A program made the position numbers and the translations under genes. Positions 14,301 through 26,500 of a DNA stretch of 64,000 nt are shown piece by piece (positions within the stretch are counted from its first letter, which is position 1; each line of letters begins with the position of its first letter). The notes below the pieces were generated by a model. It was not told where the DNA came from. It ran no database searches and was given only the letters and a program-made list of their open reading frames with translations. The stretch lies in NCBI RefSeq assembly GCF_048403405.1, contig NZ_CP183129.1; one strand, given 5' to 3'. This DNA is from Escherichia coli (GTDB lineage: Bacteria; Pseudomonadota; Gammaproteobacteria; Enterobacterales; Enterobacteriaceae).

Positions 14301-17300
14301 CTGATGGTGTAATACCATGCTTTTTCCACCTCTGTTTTAATTTGTCCCATTGCGCTATAGAAACATGATGTTGGAAAGTCGTAAAACGAGGTTGTTCAGT
14401 AATGGATGAATTCTTTATCGGTAAATATGGGGCAGAAGGTAAATCAGATAATAGATCCTGCCAGTAACACCATGCCATTTTCCACTCATCACTGTTACGA
14501 TTTGTTTGATTTTTTAAGCAGTAGTCGCGGAAGGTAAATGTTTGTGGTATTAATTCTTGTCCTGAATAGGCGTTAAATAGATCATCAAACAGAATTTTAA
14601 AGCTCATGGTATCAAACTGCAGTAAATCTAGATTGATATGTAATCTGTAACAATCGTTATTTAGCCAAGAAATTTCAACTTCAAATAATGGCCATGACTC
14701 AGTCGGTAATACCCGATAAGAAAGGGCTTCCCTTATCTGTGTTAGGCTCTCTTGTTGCTCTTGTTGGGTTAAATTTGTTAGGTCATGTTGAATAAAATGA
14801 AAATAAGGAACTTCTTTTAAGATACGTTGTTGTCCATCATCATCTATGATCATTCTCAACATATCATGACGCTGAATAACTTTATTCCAAGCTTTTTCAA
14901 GTGAGGCCGGCTCCCATATATGGCGTTGACAATCCCATTCAAAAATTGCATGGCAAGCAACGCCTCCGTAGTTAAAGAGGTTTTTACGTCCGATCCAATA
15001 GGCGTGTTGAATTGGTGTTAATGGAAATGGGGCATATCGTTCTGACTCCATTGTGTGGGAAATGTTGTCTTGATTATGGAGTGCTTCTGTCACAGTAAAT
15101 TTCTCAGGTGCTGCGGTTCGAATAACTGAGGCTAAACCAGCAATAGTCATATCATCATAAGATTGTTCAGCGTCAATATTGACCGCAAACTGTTTCTTAA
15201 TTTCCGCACTGAGATCGAGGAAAGAGAGAGAATCTAGTCCTAATTGGAATAGTTCAATGTGAGTATCAATATGTTCATCACCAAGACGCAACAGTTGTTT
15301 GATGCATGCTGTTAGCCACTGTTCTAAGTTATCACCAACGCGATAATCAACCCTGTTAGGGCTTACCGGCTCTGTTTGATCCGTTTGAGTTGGGGTTTCA
15401 CAAAGCTGGCGAGTGTGATTAATTTCATGGTTATCATAATGATCATTATGATTAGTCTGATGAAATAAAGGCGTTTTTTGTGTCATTAAAGGTGGAGTCG
15501 CTAAGCGCATTGCAAGGCGACAAGAGGTATTATCTAGCAGACAAGCATCTAAATGTGCCAGTCCTTCCTCAGTAGTAAGCGTACTCATACCTTTGTGTTG
15601 TAATTTATCATGGAGTTGTTTTTCTGCCACAAAGCCAACACTTTGCCATGCCCCCCAAGCGATAGAAATGACGGTTAATCCCTTGATATTGCGACGTGCA
15701 TATTCAGCTAATCCATCTAAATATCCACAAGCGAGGGAATGAGCTGCTTGTCCTTCAGAGCCTATAGTTGCAGCGGCAGAGGAGTATAAAATAAGGTAAC
15801 TGGCATCTGTTTTTTCTAAAGCATCACAAAATTGCTTGGCAGATATCGCTTTAACAGAAAATACGTCAGACATACGCTTAGGGGTGAGTTGTGTCATAAG
15901 TGCATCATCCAAAATACCTGCACTGTGTATAAGCCCCTCAATGCCACCTTCATTTTCAAGCTGAGTGAGTGCTGCATGACATTGAGCGTTATCACGACAA
16001 TCACATGTTAGCCATTTTATTTCTAGCTGGTTAGATTTCTGTAAGTTATTCATCCAATCTAATGCGCTGCTATCAGCTCGTGGTGCCAAAATAGCGATAC
16101 GTTTAGCACCTTGCCTTACTAACCAACTTGCTGTAATTCGACCTAAGCCTCCAAAACCACCAGTAATAATATGCCAGCGCGGGGATACCATGATGTTCTG
16201 CGCTATGATCGTAGAAGATGAGGGCAGTGGGGTTAATTGTGGTAAGTAGCAGCAATGGTTACGAACAATAATTTCATTATTACCTTGTTCTATTTGTATA
16301 AAAGCAGGAACTAATTCAGACCATGAGGCATTTATACCTAAATCAACAATGGCAATTAACCTTGAGCTATATTCTTTTTGAATAGTTTTTAATAAACTTC
16401 GAATACTACGTTGTGCTGGATTAACCGTTTCTATGGCAGTTAATGCCCAGGCTTGTTGCGTGATAACAACAAACCCATCAGACGATGACAGTAATATTTG
16501 GCGGATCTGCTCGGCGATAATTAAAGGATCTGCAAGGTTGGCAACGATTAATTGATTTTCGCCCTGTTCAGAAAGACATCCAATAGCGGATAAAATAGCT
16601 GTGATTTCAGAAGGCAATGTTTGTTGATGGTTAAATATTAATGTTGGCTTGATAAGATCTTGTTCCACACAAGGTGTTAATTGCCATTGGTAGTGTGAAC
16701 TTTGTTGTATCTTGGTGTCACTAGGTAACTCTTGATCAAAGTGATCGTTTTCTGTCGAAACACTGGCGAGAATAATATGTTCACACATATCTTTGGTTTC
16801 TGGTAATGCATCAGGTAACCAGCGAATATGTTGAAATCCTGCTAAGCGACACTGTTGATGCCATAATTCTGGTGATAAAAATAGTTTTCCTTTACGGATC
16901 TTTTCATCATGGAGGGGTAACACCAGTGGGCCAAAAACAAAATCAAATAAGCGAGCTTGTTTGGTTATTTCGCGCATAAGCAAATGACCATTGGAACGCA
17001 GTAAAGTACGAAGAGCAGTTAATGTATCTCCAATATGTTGAGTGGCATGAATAACATTAGCAGCAATAATAATGTCATAATAATCAGATTGAAAACCTTG
17101 TATTTCAGGGGATTGTTGTAAATTGAACTCTCGATAGTTAACAAATGAATATTGACTAAATTTTTGTGCGGCACGTCGGGTGAAGATAGGTGAAATATCG
17201 GTAAATTCGTATTCAACATGTTGTATGGTTGATAAAATAGGTAGCAGCCAAGAGGTGGTTCCTCCCGTGCCACCACCGACTTCAATAATTCGCAAAGGCT

Positions 17301-20300
17301 TAGCCACAGTGGGCTGGTAGTGAGAAAGTAATCCTTTAAGTACCGCGGCAGCAATTTGGTTAAAATAACGACCAAAACTAAAATCTTGATAGAGAACTTC
17401 AACACCTTGAGATGCACCTTCAGGAAAGATCACTGAAACAGGTTCAATCACGCCTGTCATCATATCGTAGAGTTGCTCTCCTGCTCGCTTGACGGTGTCA
17501 GGAATAGATTGAAGACCTTCGCTATCTAATTGTAATTGATGGAATAATAATGGTAATTTATCACTAGAAATAGATTTTATTTTTTTATAGTAGTTGTGCT
17601 GATTTATCTGTTGGTAAATATAATATCCATCCTCAACACAGGCCTCTAATAAACGTACTAATAATTGATAATAGCGGGGTAAAATGCGTCCTGCTCGCAT
17701 AATATCGATTACAGACATGGGGGTATTCAACTCATGGCCTAAACACGAGCATATCATTTTATCGACGTAATAATTATGTAAAGTGGTAAGTGTTGAATTA
17801 AATGAGTTTAAACGAGGAAGATCGAGTGTTGTAAGCGCTTTTAATGCCGTTTCACGACCTTGGCTAATAGGTAAATCAAATGCGCTTTTTTGTGGTTGAT
17901 ATTTTTCACTATCCTTTTTTTCATACCAATAATATTGTTTTTCAAAGGGATAGAGAGGTAATGGTATATAACTTCCTTGAGTTTTAAACAGTGACTGCCA
18001 TGGTAAATCATAGCCTGCAATAAATAGGGTTGTTGCAGCCTGTTGTTTCATCTGAATTTCATCAACTCCCATTCTGGCAGTTGGTATCCAACTAATCTCA
18101 GTAATGCCTTCACGTTCACCAAGATCACTTAATACAGAAGTTGGTCCTAATTCCATAGCATGGGTGACACCATGATTGACTAACGTTTGTATTGCATCTT
18201 GATACATAACTGTATTGCGTAGTTGCTGAGCCCAATATGATGGATGTTGAAGTTCTTTTTGAGAAATTAATTGCCCTGTATAGCCTGAGACTAAGGCTAT
18301 TTTTCCTTGTGAGGCTGATAATGACTCAGTAAATTCCATCAATTGATCAAGAATATTATCAATATAAGAGGTATGAGCAGCACACACGTTATTCATTTCT
18401 CTAAATCGAATATTCTTTGCTTTCAATATTTGAGTAAACTTTTGCATATCATCGGGTTGCCCCGCGAATGATAAGTTGTTATGGCCATTAATTGCAGCTA
18501 ATTCAACATGACATTGTTTAGCAATGATTTGAATATCTTGATATTCTGCAAATACAGCAATCATTTCACCATTAACATGACTTTCCATTAATTGTCCACT
18601 ATATACAGCAAGTGGCATCATTTGTTCGATTGTATAGAAACCAGCGATAACGGCTGCGGCATATTCTCCGCAAGAATGACCTACAATTATTTCAGGTAAA
18701 ATACCGATTGCTCGCCAATGTGCTGCCATTGCGATTTCATAGGCGACAATAGCCGCTTGAATATAACTGGCATTAACAAGTTTATCGCTATGTAGGCCAA
18801 ACATGACTTCTTTTAACGGAAATGTTAAGTGTTGCAGGCATGCTTGCTCACAACGATCGATTGTTTCGGCAAATGTTGTTGAATGTTGGTACATCACTTT
18901 ACCCATAGCAGGATATTGTGATCCCATACCAGAAAATAGCCACGCTATTTTCTTATTTGTTGATGTATGACCATATTGTATTAAAGAATCAGCACTTCCT
19001 TGAGAGAAAGCTAACAGTGAAATATCACTCTCACTTGTTAAGGGGATAGATAAGCGCCATGGTAAGTTGAGTTGTCTTTGCTGTAATGCATTATGAGCCA
19101 GAATGTTTGCTGGGGTAATTTTTATTAATGGTGCATAATCACCAGCAAGTTTTTTTAGACTCTCTTTTGTGGCGGCACTAAGCAATAATGAGTATTCAAA
19201 ATTATTGTCTACCTCTTGTTCAGGTTTGATTGATACTAATGAGTCAGGCAATGATTGCACAATGATATGACAGTTTGTTCCACCAATACCAAATGAAGAA
19301 ACACCAGCAGTTCGTATTCTGCTAGACCAAGCTTTAGGGTTTTTAGGAATGTAGAACGGGCTTTTTTCTATTTGTAATTGAGGATTTGGGTGATTAAAAT
19401 GCATAGATGGAGGAATAAGTGCTTTATTTACCGCTAATATCGTTTTAATTAGGCCAGTGATACCTGCTGCTGTATCCAGATGTCCGATATTGCCTTTAAC
19501 TGAGCCAATAGCGCATTTAGAAGCAGTAAGAGAGCGATCAGCGAAAACCTGACATAATGCACTAAACTCAATTGGATCACCTAATGGTGTAGCTGTTGCG
19601 TGTGCTTCAATAAGTTCAATATCTTCATTTTTAATATCGGCCAGTTGTATTGCTTCTCTAATAACTGAAACTTGGCCTGCTACGGAGGGAGCTGTGAATC
19701 CCGCTTTTTGATGACCATCATTATTAATGGCACTACCACGTAATACAGCAATAATTGTGTTTCCATCCACTAAGGCATCTTCAAGACGACGTAACACTAC
19801 AATACCAAATCCATTACCAGCAAAAGTACCGTTTGCCTCTGCATCAAAAGGACGACAAATACCATCTGGTGAGAAGATCATGCCTTTCTGATATAGATAA
19901 CCACCGGTTTGTGGAAATGTGATACCAATTCCACCAGCAATAGCCATACTGCATTCACCAGAGCGTAAACTTTCACAAGCCATATGTACGGCAACTAAGG
20001 AGCTAGAACAAGCGGTTTGTATAGTTAATGCTGGACCAGTTAAATTTAATTTATATGCAATACGTGTTGCGAGATAGTCTTTATCATTCCCTAATAATTT
20101 TTGCATGCCACGGACATGGCCAATATTGTGCAATGCTAAATCTTGCTGGGCAGGATAGCTGCTCATTCTTGCTGAAGCAAAAACGCCTGTTTTGATGGTT
20201 ATATTGCAAGGGGCATATCCAGCATGCTCTAAAGCATGCCAAGCACCTTGTAAAAAAATTCTTTGCTGGGGATCGATAAGTTCAGCTTCTGAGCGTGAAT

Positions 20301-20556
20301 AATTAAATAGAGTAGCGTCAAAATATTCCGCTTCATCTAACGGCGCGCCACGATTAACAAAATCAGGTGAATGATAAGTTTGTTCAGCGACACCTGCGGC
20401 TTTTAGTTCTTCTTCAGAAAAAAGACGAGAGCTATCGTGTTTATTAATTATGTTATGCCAAAATTGATCAATATTTTGTGCATCAGGGAAGCGACCAGAA
20501 AGACCAATAACAGCTATAGGTTCACTATTACCATAGAAAGTTTCAAAATTCAGCAT
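11341..20556 (-). CDS. nrpS: HMWP1-like hybrid PKS/NRPS: KS-AT-cMT-KR-ACP-Cy-MT-PCP-TE
   Basis: 3071 aa. KS active site TACSSSLVAVH plus HATATPLGDP/GHLDTAAG; AT GHSCGEY; cMT EVGGGTGGTT; KR ITGGFGGLGR; ACP LGLDSLSF; Cy with DLLQFDTMSFKILFDDL; second MT EIGAGTGATT; PCP GGDSLIATK; TE GWSYGAF. Confidence 0.9.
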   Translation of the reverse strand: MLNFETFYGNSEPIAVIGLSGRFPDAQNIDQFWHNIINKHDSSRLFSEEELKAAGVAEQTYHSPDFVNRGAPLDEAEYFDATLFNYSRSEAELIDPQQRIFLQGAWHALEHAGYAPCNITIKTGVFASARMSSYPAQQDLALHNIGHVRGMQKLLGNDKDYLATRIAYKLNLTGPALTIQTACSSSLVAVHMACESLRSGECSMAIAGGIGITFPQTGGYLYQKGMIFSPDGICRPFDAEANGTFAGNGFGIVVLRRLEDALVDGNTIIAVLRGSAINNDGHQKAGFTAPSVAGQVSVIREAIQLADIKNEDIELIEAHATATPLGDPIEFSALCQVFADRSLTASKCAIGSVKGNIGHLDTAAGITGLIKTILAVNKALIPPSMHFNHPNPQLQIEKSPFYIPKNPKAWSSRIRTAGVSSFGIGGTNCHIIVQSLPDSLVSIKPEQEVDNNFEYSLLLSAATKESLKKLAGDYAPLIKITPANILAHNALQQRQLNLPWRLSIPLTSESDISLLAFSQGSADSLIQYGHTSTNKKIAWLFSGMGSQYPAMGKVMYQHSTTFAETIDRCEQACLQHLTFPLKEVMFGLHSDKLVNASYIQAAIVAYEIAMAAHWRAIGILPEIIVGHSCGEYAAAVIAGFYTIEQMMPLAVYSGQLMESHVNGEMIAVFAEYQDIQIIAKQCHVELAAINGHNNLSFAGQPDDMQKFTQILKAKNIRFREMNNVCAAHTSYIDNILDQLMEFTESLSASQGKIALVSGYTGQLISQKELQHPSYWAQQLRNTVMYQDAIQTLVNHGVTHAMELGPTSVLSDLGEREGITEISWIPTARMGVDEIQMKQQAATTLFIAGYDLPWQSLFKTQGSYIPLPLYPFEKQYYWYEKKDSEKYQPQKSAFDLPISQGRETALKALTTLDLPRLNSFNSTLTTLHNYYVDKMICSCLGHELNTPMSVIDIMRAGRILPRYYQLLVRLLEACVEDGYYIYQQINQHNYYKKIKSISSDKLPLLFHQLQLDSEGLQSIPDTVKRAGEQLYDMMTGVIEPVSVIFPEGASQGVEVLYQDFSFGRYFNQIAAAVLKGLLSHYQPTVAKPLRIIEVGGGTGGTTSWLLPILSTIQHVEYEFTDISPIFTRRAAQKFSQYSFVNYREFNLQQSPEIQGFQSDYYDIIIAANVIHATQHIGDTLTALRTLLRSNGHLLMREITKQARLFDFVFGPLVLPLHDEKIRKGKLFLSPELWHQQCRLAGFQHIRWLPDALPETKDMCEHIILASVSTENDHFDQELPSDTKIQQSSHYQWQLTPCVEQDLIKPTLIFNHQQTLPSEITAILSAIGCLSEQGENQLIVANLADPLIIAEQIRQILLSSSDGFVVITQQAWALTAIETVNPAQRSIRSLLKTIQKEYSSRLIAIVDLGINASWSELVPAFIQIEQGNNEIIVRNHCCYLPQLTPLPSSSTIIAQNIMVSPRWHIITGGFGGLGRITASWLVRQGAKRIAILAPRADSSALDWMNNLQKSNQLEIKWLTCDCRDNAQCHAALTQLENEGGIEGLIHSAGILDDALMTQLTPKRMSDVFSVKAISAKQFCDALEKTDASYLILYSSAAATIGSEGQAAHSLACGYLDGLAEYARRNIKGLTVISIAWGAWQSVGFVAEKQLHDKLQHKGMSTLTTEEGLAHLDACLLDNTSCRLAMRLATPPLMTQKTPLFHQTNHNDHYDNHEINHTRQLCETPTQTDQTEPVSPNRVDYRVGDNLEQWLTACIKQLLRLGDEHIDTHIELFQLGLDSLSFLDLSAEIKKQFAVNIDAEQSYDDMTIAGLASVIRTAAPEKFTVTEALHNQDNISHTMESERYAPFPLTPIQHAYWIGRKNLFNYGGVACHAIFEWDCQRHIWEPASLEKAWNKVIQRHDMLRMIIDDDGQQRILKEVPYFHFIQHDLTNLTQQEQQESLTQIREALSYRVLPTESWPLFEVEISWLNNDCYRLHINLDLLQFDTMSFKILFDDLFNAYSGQELIPQTFTFRDYCLKNQTNRNSDEWKMAWCYWQDLLSDLPSAPYLPIKNSSITEQPRFTTFQHHVSIAQWDKLKQRWKKHGITPSAGLLTLFALVLGRWTKYPAFTLNLTFFNRQPWHPDVTQLIGDFTSVLPIDIYLDNDCTLNESMAKIQRRLWQHLSKSQVNGVEILREWGRYKGDSSQSLLPIVFTSMLGMTLDGDNIDEALNQLFGQPVYSFAQTPQVWLDHQVMEGKEGLTLNWFCMDDIFADGLLTMMFSDYQSLITQLCQDEDNNQSVDKIIAQLPSYQHLAIDNHLQSRYQQLEQTLENHPQIKRAHAMVMVKDDTKVEPPLQLLFEASSDIPLSVIKQPNWLPNLLSPSASLSDIIEKSWQRFEERARYGICHTLYRNALFTELNTPITLAEIVARLKAKPQYERLLSQWLDLLCLHHLLTKEGDQFYATTQFINLCLSAPVFQQPVNDWEYVLWDYLEQSLTQHELLFSGKVSPLSLLFNSDEITTALYAKHPALNYLNQCAKDIVSAMVGATSSLNILEIGAGTGATTQGIVAVLKNTHYSYTFTDISHYFLDKARKKFTAVGEMRYQLFDINAPIQFSHHPDNGYDLIIASNVLHDASHIGHALKRIRSLLKPQGYLLFIEATECQSAMQMATVGFIEGLSAYQDKRILTNKAMLDSESWHDILINTGFETIGQWPQTDSSSLRQTLFLASPTRGGKPYLGKLRDYLSHSLDQNIDSFELFQCENIEATLNGIATSSAQELNEQIQPVAIPDVPTNMINEIIALWSELLGREVNSTNDFFRSGGDSLIATKMISQLHQRGYPATLQQIFTYPCLADFCAHLEQEKQSQREYSSLIPLSAVSAPKPYHYFMVHASDGDPGVYLPLAESLNNTVWGLTVTDASKLTDLDTLLSLHLSSIKTAQQTGPYILIGWSYGAFIASYLAEQLSQQNHSVLLVLIDPVYRHDFIKFCHDDSDSSSDENKQLACTKRLMSFLPESDLPLSDDIACLWLEATNHPTEWTSPEKEWYQRLPPHTQHHYFSGEHWSILQDRATSTHLAEIIDQWVQQKLSNNGYPSEGGN

Positions 20557-20568
20557 GATTAATATCCT

Positions 20569-23500
20569 TTATCTACTATGAGTTCGTAGTTGTAACCGTT
20601 TCTTTCTCTTGTTTTTGTGTTTGTCTCGGTCGGAATATTGCTCACATGTTGGTGAAGTGTTTTGCCAAAGCAATTGCGCTAATGTACTTAGATTTGGACT
20701 AGCGAACAGATCAGTAATTGTAATATGGCTATAGCCATTTTTTTGTAGTGCTGCATGAAGTTGAACCAATTGTAAAGAGCTGGCACCTGCTTCGAAAAAA
20801 TTTGTTTCAGGTGCTAACGTTATTCCAATAACTTGCTTAACAAGTTGTTGTAGTTTTTGTATTGTCTGACCTGTTTTTTGTGTATCAGTAGATTGTTTAT
20901 AATGTGTGTTTTGATTATTTTTGGCATTGAAAACTGGGGTGATGACGAGATTATTGCATCTTGGTATAAGTTTATTTAGTGGCAATTGCCAAGATTGTGG
21001 TTCAGTAGCCAGTTTAGTGAGTATATGTTCATATTGCTGGAACATGGAAAAAATGGTTGTGTAGTCAAATAATTGTTCGACAAAATCCCAGTTTAAATAT
21101 AATTCACCGTCTGACTCATATACTTGATGATCTAGCCATGTTTGTGGTGTTTGTGATATTCCCCAAACAGGTTTTAGCCATGAATGATGAGAAAGAAAAC
21201 CTTCATCATGTTTATAGCCCAATGCACAGGTAAAAACGACAGGTATCTCTATATGAGACATCTGTCGTTGAATTGCCATTTCACGCATTACTTTAATGGC
21301 TGAAACACTACGATGTTGCATATCTTTATGTAAACGTTTTTGCATCATTGAGATACTGTTTGACCAAAGATCACAGGTATACCAATCGAGTAATTGTAAT
21401 GAGGTAAAATCACCAAGTACTTCATTTATTTGAGGATGTACAGGATGCCGATTAAATAATGTCAAATTAATTGTTAACTCAGGGCTTTTACTCCATGCGG
21501 ATAATGTGGCGCAATAAGCAGCAATCAAAAGTGCTGCTGGCGTAACATTATTTTGCTGAGCAACTTGTTGTAGTGCTTGCCAAACAGAAGTAGATAATGA
21601 TGTTTGTAAACGCGAGAAGCGAGGTTGCACAATCTGTGCTGGATCTTTTATTAGTGGCAATTGTGGGGCTGGTGGTAATTGTGGTAAACGCGTTAACCAA
21701 TATTCCCAATCATTTTGTGTGTTAATCGGATAGGCATCACAATCAATATAATCTCGAAAAGTAATATCTAGAGGGATAAATTGGTGATTTGGCTCCATAT
21801 ACAGTGTTTTTAGCTCACTGAAAAATATCTGCATACTCATTCCATCAAGGAATAAGTTATCAAGGCTAATAAAAATATGATCTGGTTGTTCTTTGGTCTT
21901 GATAACTTGAATAGTAAATAAAGGCCAAATTTCTGGATCATAAACAATGTTAGCAAGTTGAGCTCGTAATACTAGAAAAGCGTCACTTTTTTCTGTAGGG
22001 ATATAATGCGTTTTAACGGAATAATAAGGAACTTTTTTAAGTACTTGTTGTTGTCCATTAATAATGACACCACGTAACATATCATGACGAGAAATCAACT
22101 GATTAATTGTACGTTCTAATTTAGGTACATCTAAATTTTCCGCTATAAAATGGACAAAAAAATGTGTACCAACACCCCCAAGTGTAAAATTATTTTGCCG
22201 TCCAACTAAGTAAGCTTGCTGAATATCAGTGAGTGGAAATGGATTGTATCTATACGCCTCGTTATGTGAAATTGCTGGCTGTTTTTCGAAAACTTCGCTC
22301 TGCTTTATATTTTGTGCAAAATCAGAAAGGATCGGATAAGCAAAGATATGCTCCAGTTCAACTTGGTAGCCAATATGGTTTAAATCAGAGATCAATCGAA
22401 TAGCAACTAGGCTATCTCCCCCTTCACGAAAGAAATGACTGTGACGGTGTATCTTGTTGGTGCCAAGGAGCTTTTGCCATATTGTTATGATGATCTGTTC
22501 TTTACCATTGATAGGTTGTTGATTTAGGTATTCTTCTTGGTATTCCTGACAATACAATTTTAATGATTGGTTATCTATTTTGCCATTTGCGGTTAAGGGG
22601 AACTCAGTTAGAAAATAAATATGTTTTGGGATCATATAGTCTGGTAAAAATTGGCGCAAATCATGCTCTAGCTTATTTTTATCTGGTAAATAAATTTTTT
22701 CTGGTGCTTGGTATAACTGTGTCAATATTTCGCCGTTAACTCCTTCACTTTTATAAGTCGCAGTAGAAGCGCTAAAGATATCTTTGCATTTTTTTGCTGT
22801 TAATAATTCATCAGCAGGATCACTACCATTTTGTTGTAATAAAGAGATGCTTATCAGTGATTGTGCAGGGGCATGTAACACTTCTTGTATAAAAATCATT
22901 CCACTCGGAGCACAGAGTGAAACGAATTTTTGTATCTCTTTTTGTGGGCTGTCTAATCGATGAAGATAATTGTTCATCCAAATGATATCTGCACTATATC
23001 GATTTTTATGAAGAAATACTTCTGTAAGAGGCTCAGCATAACTATTTTGATAATCTGATAAATTTTGGTTAGCTTGCGTTACCATTGAAAGAGACTCATC
23101 AGTTAGCAGTAGGGTAACCATATTAGTGGGTAATCGTTGCAGAATATAATTTGCTGAAATACCGCTTCTAGCACCTAATTGAATGATTTTTATTGGCCTT
23201 TTTAGTGAATGATGAAGTTCTCTTATTTGTTGTAGTAAATTTTCTAAGGAGTAGTGCATTCCATCAATACGCATAGTGACTTGTTCTGGTGACCAATAGG
23301 GATCATCAAATAGTGTTAGAGCTGATTTTTTACCTTTGAGTATGTCTGTTAAATTGTTTTTGTGGCGCTGCAAATTTTCTATTAGCGTTCGCTGGGTACT
23401 ATTAGTTGGGGGGGAATTGAGTGTAGTTTGTGGATATTGTGCTATTAAATTTAGCCAATTAGCCATTAATGACTGATAGCTAGCGATAATGCTATGGTCA

Positions 23501-26500
23501 TCTGCTGATTTTTTTTCTGACAAGAGGTTGTCGAAATCAATATTTTGTTCAGTAAGATAATCATATAAAAATCCAGCTATGATTGCCGTTTCTTGGGATT
23601 GTTGTTGTACATTTATTGGGGTTGAGCGCAGATAGTAGAGGGGAGAAAAGGTGCTATTTGAACTGATAATATCCTGGTAATTACCCGAATTTAGTATCAC
23701 AAAAGAGTGTAATGCTTTTTCTTTATTACCATTACCAAGGCATAGTGTAATCGCATTTTGCACACCCTGAAGCTTATTGAATGCAGCATCAATTTCCCCT
23801 GGTTCTATACGGTATCCGCCAATCTTAACTTGGCGGTCACGTCTTCCTAAAAATTCAAGTATACCGCCAGGGAGATATCTTCCCATATCACCTGTTTTAT
23901 ACCAATTTTCACCATTTTGTTTTACAAACTGTTGTGCTGTTTTTTCGGGATCGTTTAGGTAGCCTAACGCAACGCCTGCACCACCAATCCAAAGTTCTCC
24001 TGATACCCAATCAGGGCAATCTTCTCCTCTAGCATTAACAATACGATAACGTTGGTTGGATAAAGGATATCCATAAGGTATCGAGCTCCAGGATGGGTCT
24101 AATGTTGTGACATTAAAATAGTTAGACCAAATAGCGGCTTCTGTGGCACCTCCCATGGCGACTATTTGTCCATCAGGGCAGAAATTATAGTAACGTGTCG
24201 GGAGATCAAGCCCAATCCAATCTCCAGAGAGATAGATTAATAGCAGCGATTGTGGAATGGATGACCCTATTCCTTCTGCATAGGTTAGTAACATATCAAA
24301 CAGTGCAGGTACGCTGTTCCAAAGTGTTATTTTATGTTGGTTAATAAGTCGTAACCATGCATCAGGATTACGGCGCTCATCTTCTTTAACTAATACAAGA
24401 GTCCCTCCGGCATTTAAAACACCGAAAATATCATAAACAGACAGATCAAAATGTAGTGCTGATATGGCAAGTACCCGATCTTTGTCTGAAATGTTATATC
24501 GCCGATTGAGATCAAGGCAGGTATTCATTGCGCTGGCATGGGATACAACAACACCTTTAGGCTCTCCAGTAGAACCTGAAGTATAAATAACATAAGCTGC
24601 TTGATGAGGAGATATATCTATATTGTGTAGTGGTTTATTCTCGGAGGGTTGAACTTTTTGCCAAACAATCCTGTTACAAAATGTAGCATAGATTGAATAG
24701 GATGGATCGCTATCAGATACGATGAGTAATGAAAGCTGAGCATTTTTAGCAATGCGGTTTATACGTTCTTCTGGTTGTAGTACATCAATCGGAACATAAG
24801 TTCCCCCCATTAATAAAATAGCCAGAACGCTAATGATTTGCCCTACTCCTTTTGGCATACATACACCAATTCTGTCTTCTGGTTTATAACCTTGTTGTAT
24901 TATTTGATCACTGAGTATTGTTGCTTTAGATAATAATTTTTTGTAGCTCCATTCCTGAGAGTCGATATCAATGACAGCAATTTTTGATGAATTTGAATAA
25001 TTATGGAAAATAGACTTATGCAGTGTATGTGGTAATAGTGAATTATCTTTTTTGATAACTGATATTCTATTTTTTAATTGTTTTTTAGGAATTAAATCAG
25101 GTTGGGTTTCAATCCAGGCATTAGGATCGTTGGCAAGTTGGCGTATACGAGAAATATAAACATCAAATATTGTTGTTATAACATCATTCCGGAACAAGTC
25201 ATTGTTATAATCCCACTGTAAAACAATATTTCCACTTTTGTTAATTGCCATGTGATCAAGCCAAACTTGTGGGGTTTGTGATATTCCCCATCCTATAGAA
25301 CCTAATACAGATTCTATATTTTTATCAATAAGTGGTTGATTAATATGGCTAGTAAAGACAACAGGACACCCATAAGGATGGGTGCCATTTTTACGAAGGT
25401 CTCTAATGATATCAATACCAGAATAATCAGAATGTTGCCAAGCTTCAATAAATGTATTTTGATTGTCTTTAGATAATGAAATTAATGGTCGATTGTCTGT
25501 TTTCATTTCTAAAAGAATGACATTAGTAAAATCAGCTATAATATTATTAACTGCAGGGGCTAATGGCTTTCTATCAAATAATGTAAAGTTGAGTAATAAG
25601 CTATTTTGGCCAGTCCATCTTGCAAGTACAGATGAGAAACAGGTTGCTAATGCAATGGAAGGTGTAATATTATTTTCTTTAGCCAAATTACTAAAGTTTT
25701 TCCATTCTTTTGAGCTAAATGTCCAGCTAAGGCGTTTAATTTTTATTTTATTTATTTTTTCTGGATCCATATATAATGGCAGAAGAGGAGAGTCTGGTAG
25801 GTTTGGGATTTTATTTTTCCAATATTGATATGCTGATTCTTTGTTTTCATACTGTTTTTTATCTTGTAAATAATGGTAAAAGTCATAGTGCTCATCTAAC
25901 TGAGGCAGTATTTCTCCGCTCAATAATAAACAAAGTTCAGTAAAGAGTAATGAATAACTTGTACCATCTGCAATCAACATATCAATATTAGTACATAAAC
26001 GATATCTGTTGTTAGGTAGCGATATCATGTGAAAATCAATTAACTGACCGCTTTCAACATTTAGTACCTGATGGCTTAATTTTTCCCGTAATTGTAAAAG
26101 TTTTTTCTCATACTCATCTTTTGGTAATTTACTAAAATCATGATATGTAACATATTTTCTATTTGGGTTAGGAGACCAAAATTGTGTACCCTGTTGGTGA
26201 AATACTATATTCAACATGGGATGACGTTTTGATAATAATACTAATGCTTTCTCTAGACTTTCCGGAGTAAATTTAGGGGTGCCATCAAATTCTTGATAAA
26301 TTTGGCAAGCAACACCACCAAGAGTTTGTTTATTCAAACGGCCGACAAAATAGGCATGTTGTATAGGTGTAAGTGAAAACTCACCAGCATTTTTTATTGT
26401 TTTATGTGTATATATATTATCTTTTCTTTCTTTTTTATTTATATCTGATTTTTTTAATATTTTATACCATCCTTTTATTGTTGGATTTAAATACAAATCT

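Noticed and set aside
11304..25828. Short ORFs in alternative frames or antisense within the NRPS/PKS genes (11304..11690, 13415..13612, 13797..13988, 17019..17417, 23777..23962, 25463..25828)
   Set aside because: Fully embedded in large, motif-rich coding regions; low-complexity translations, no start context.
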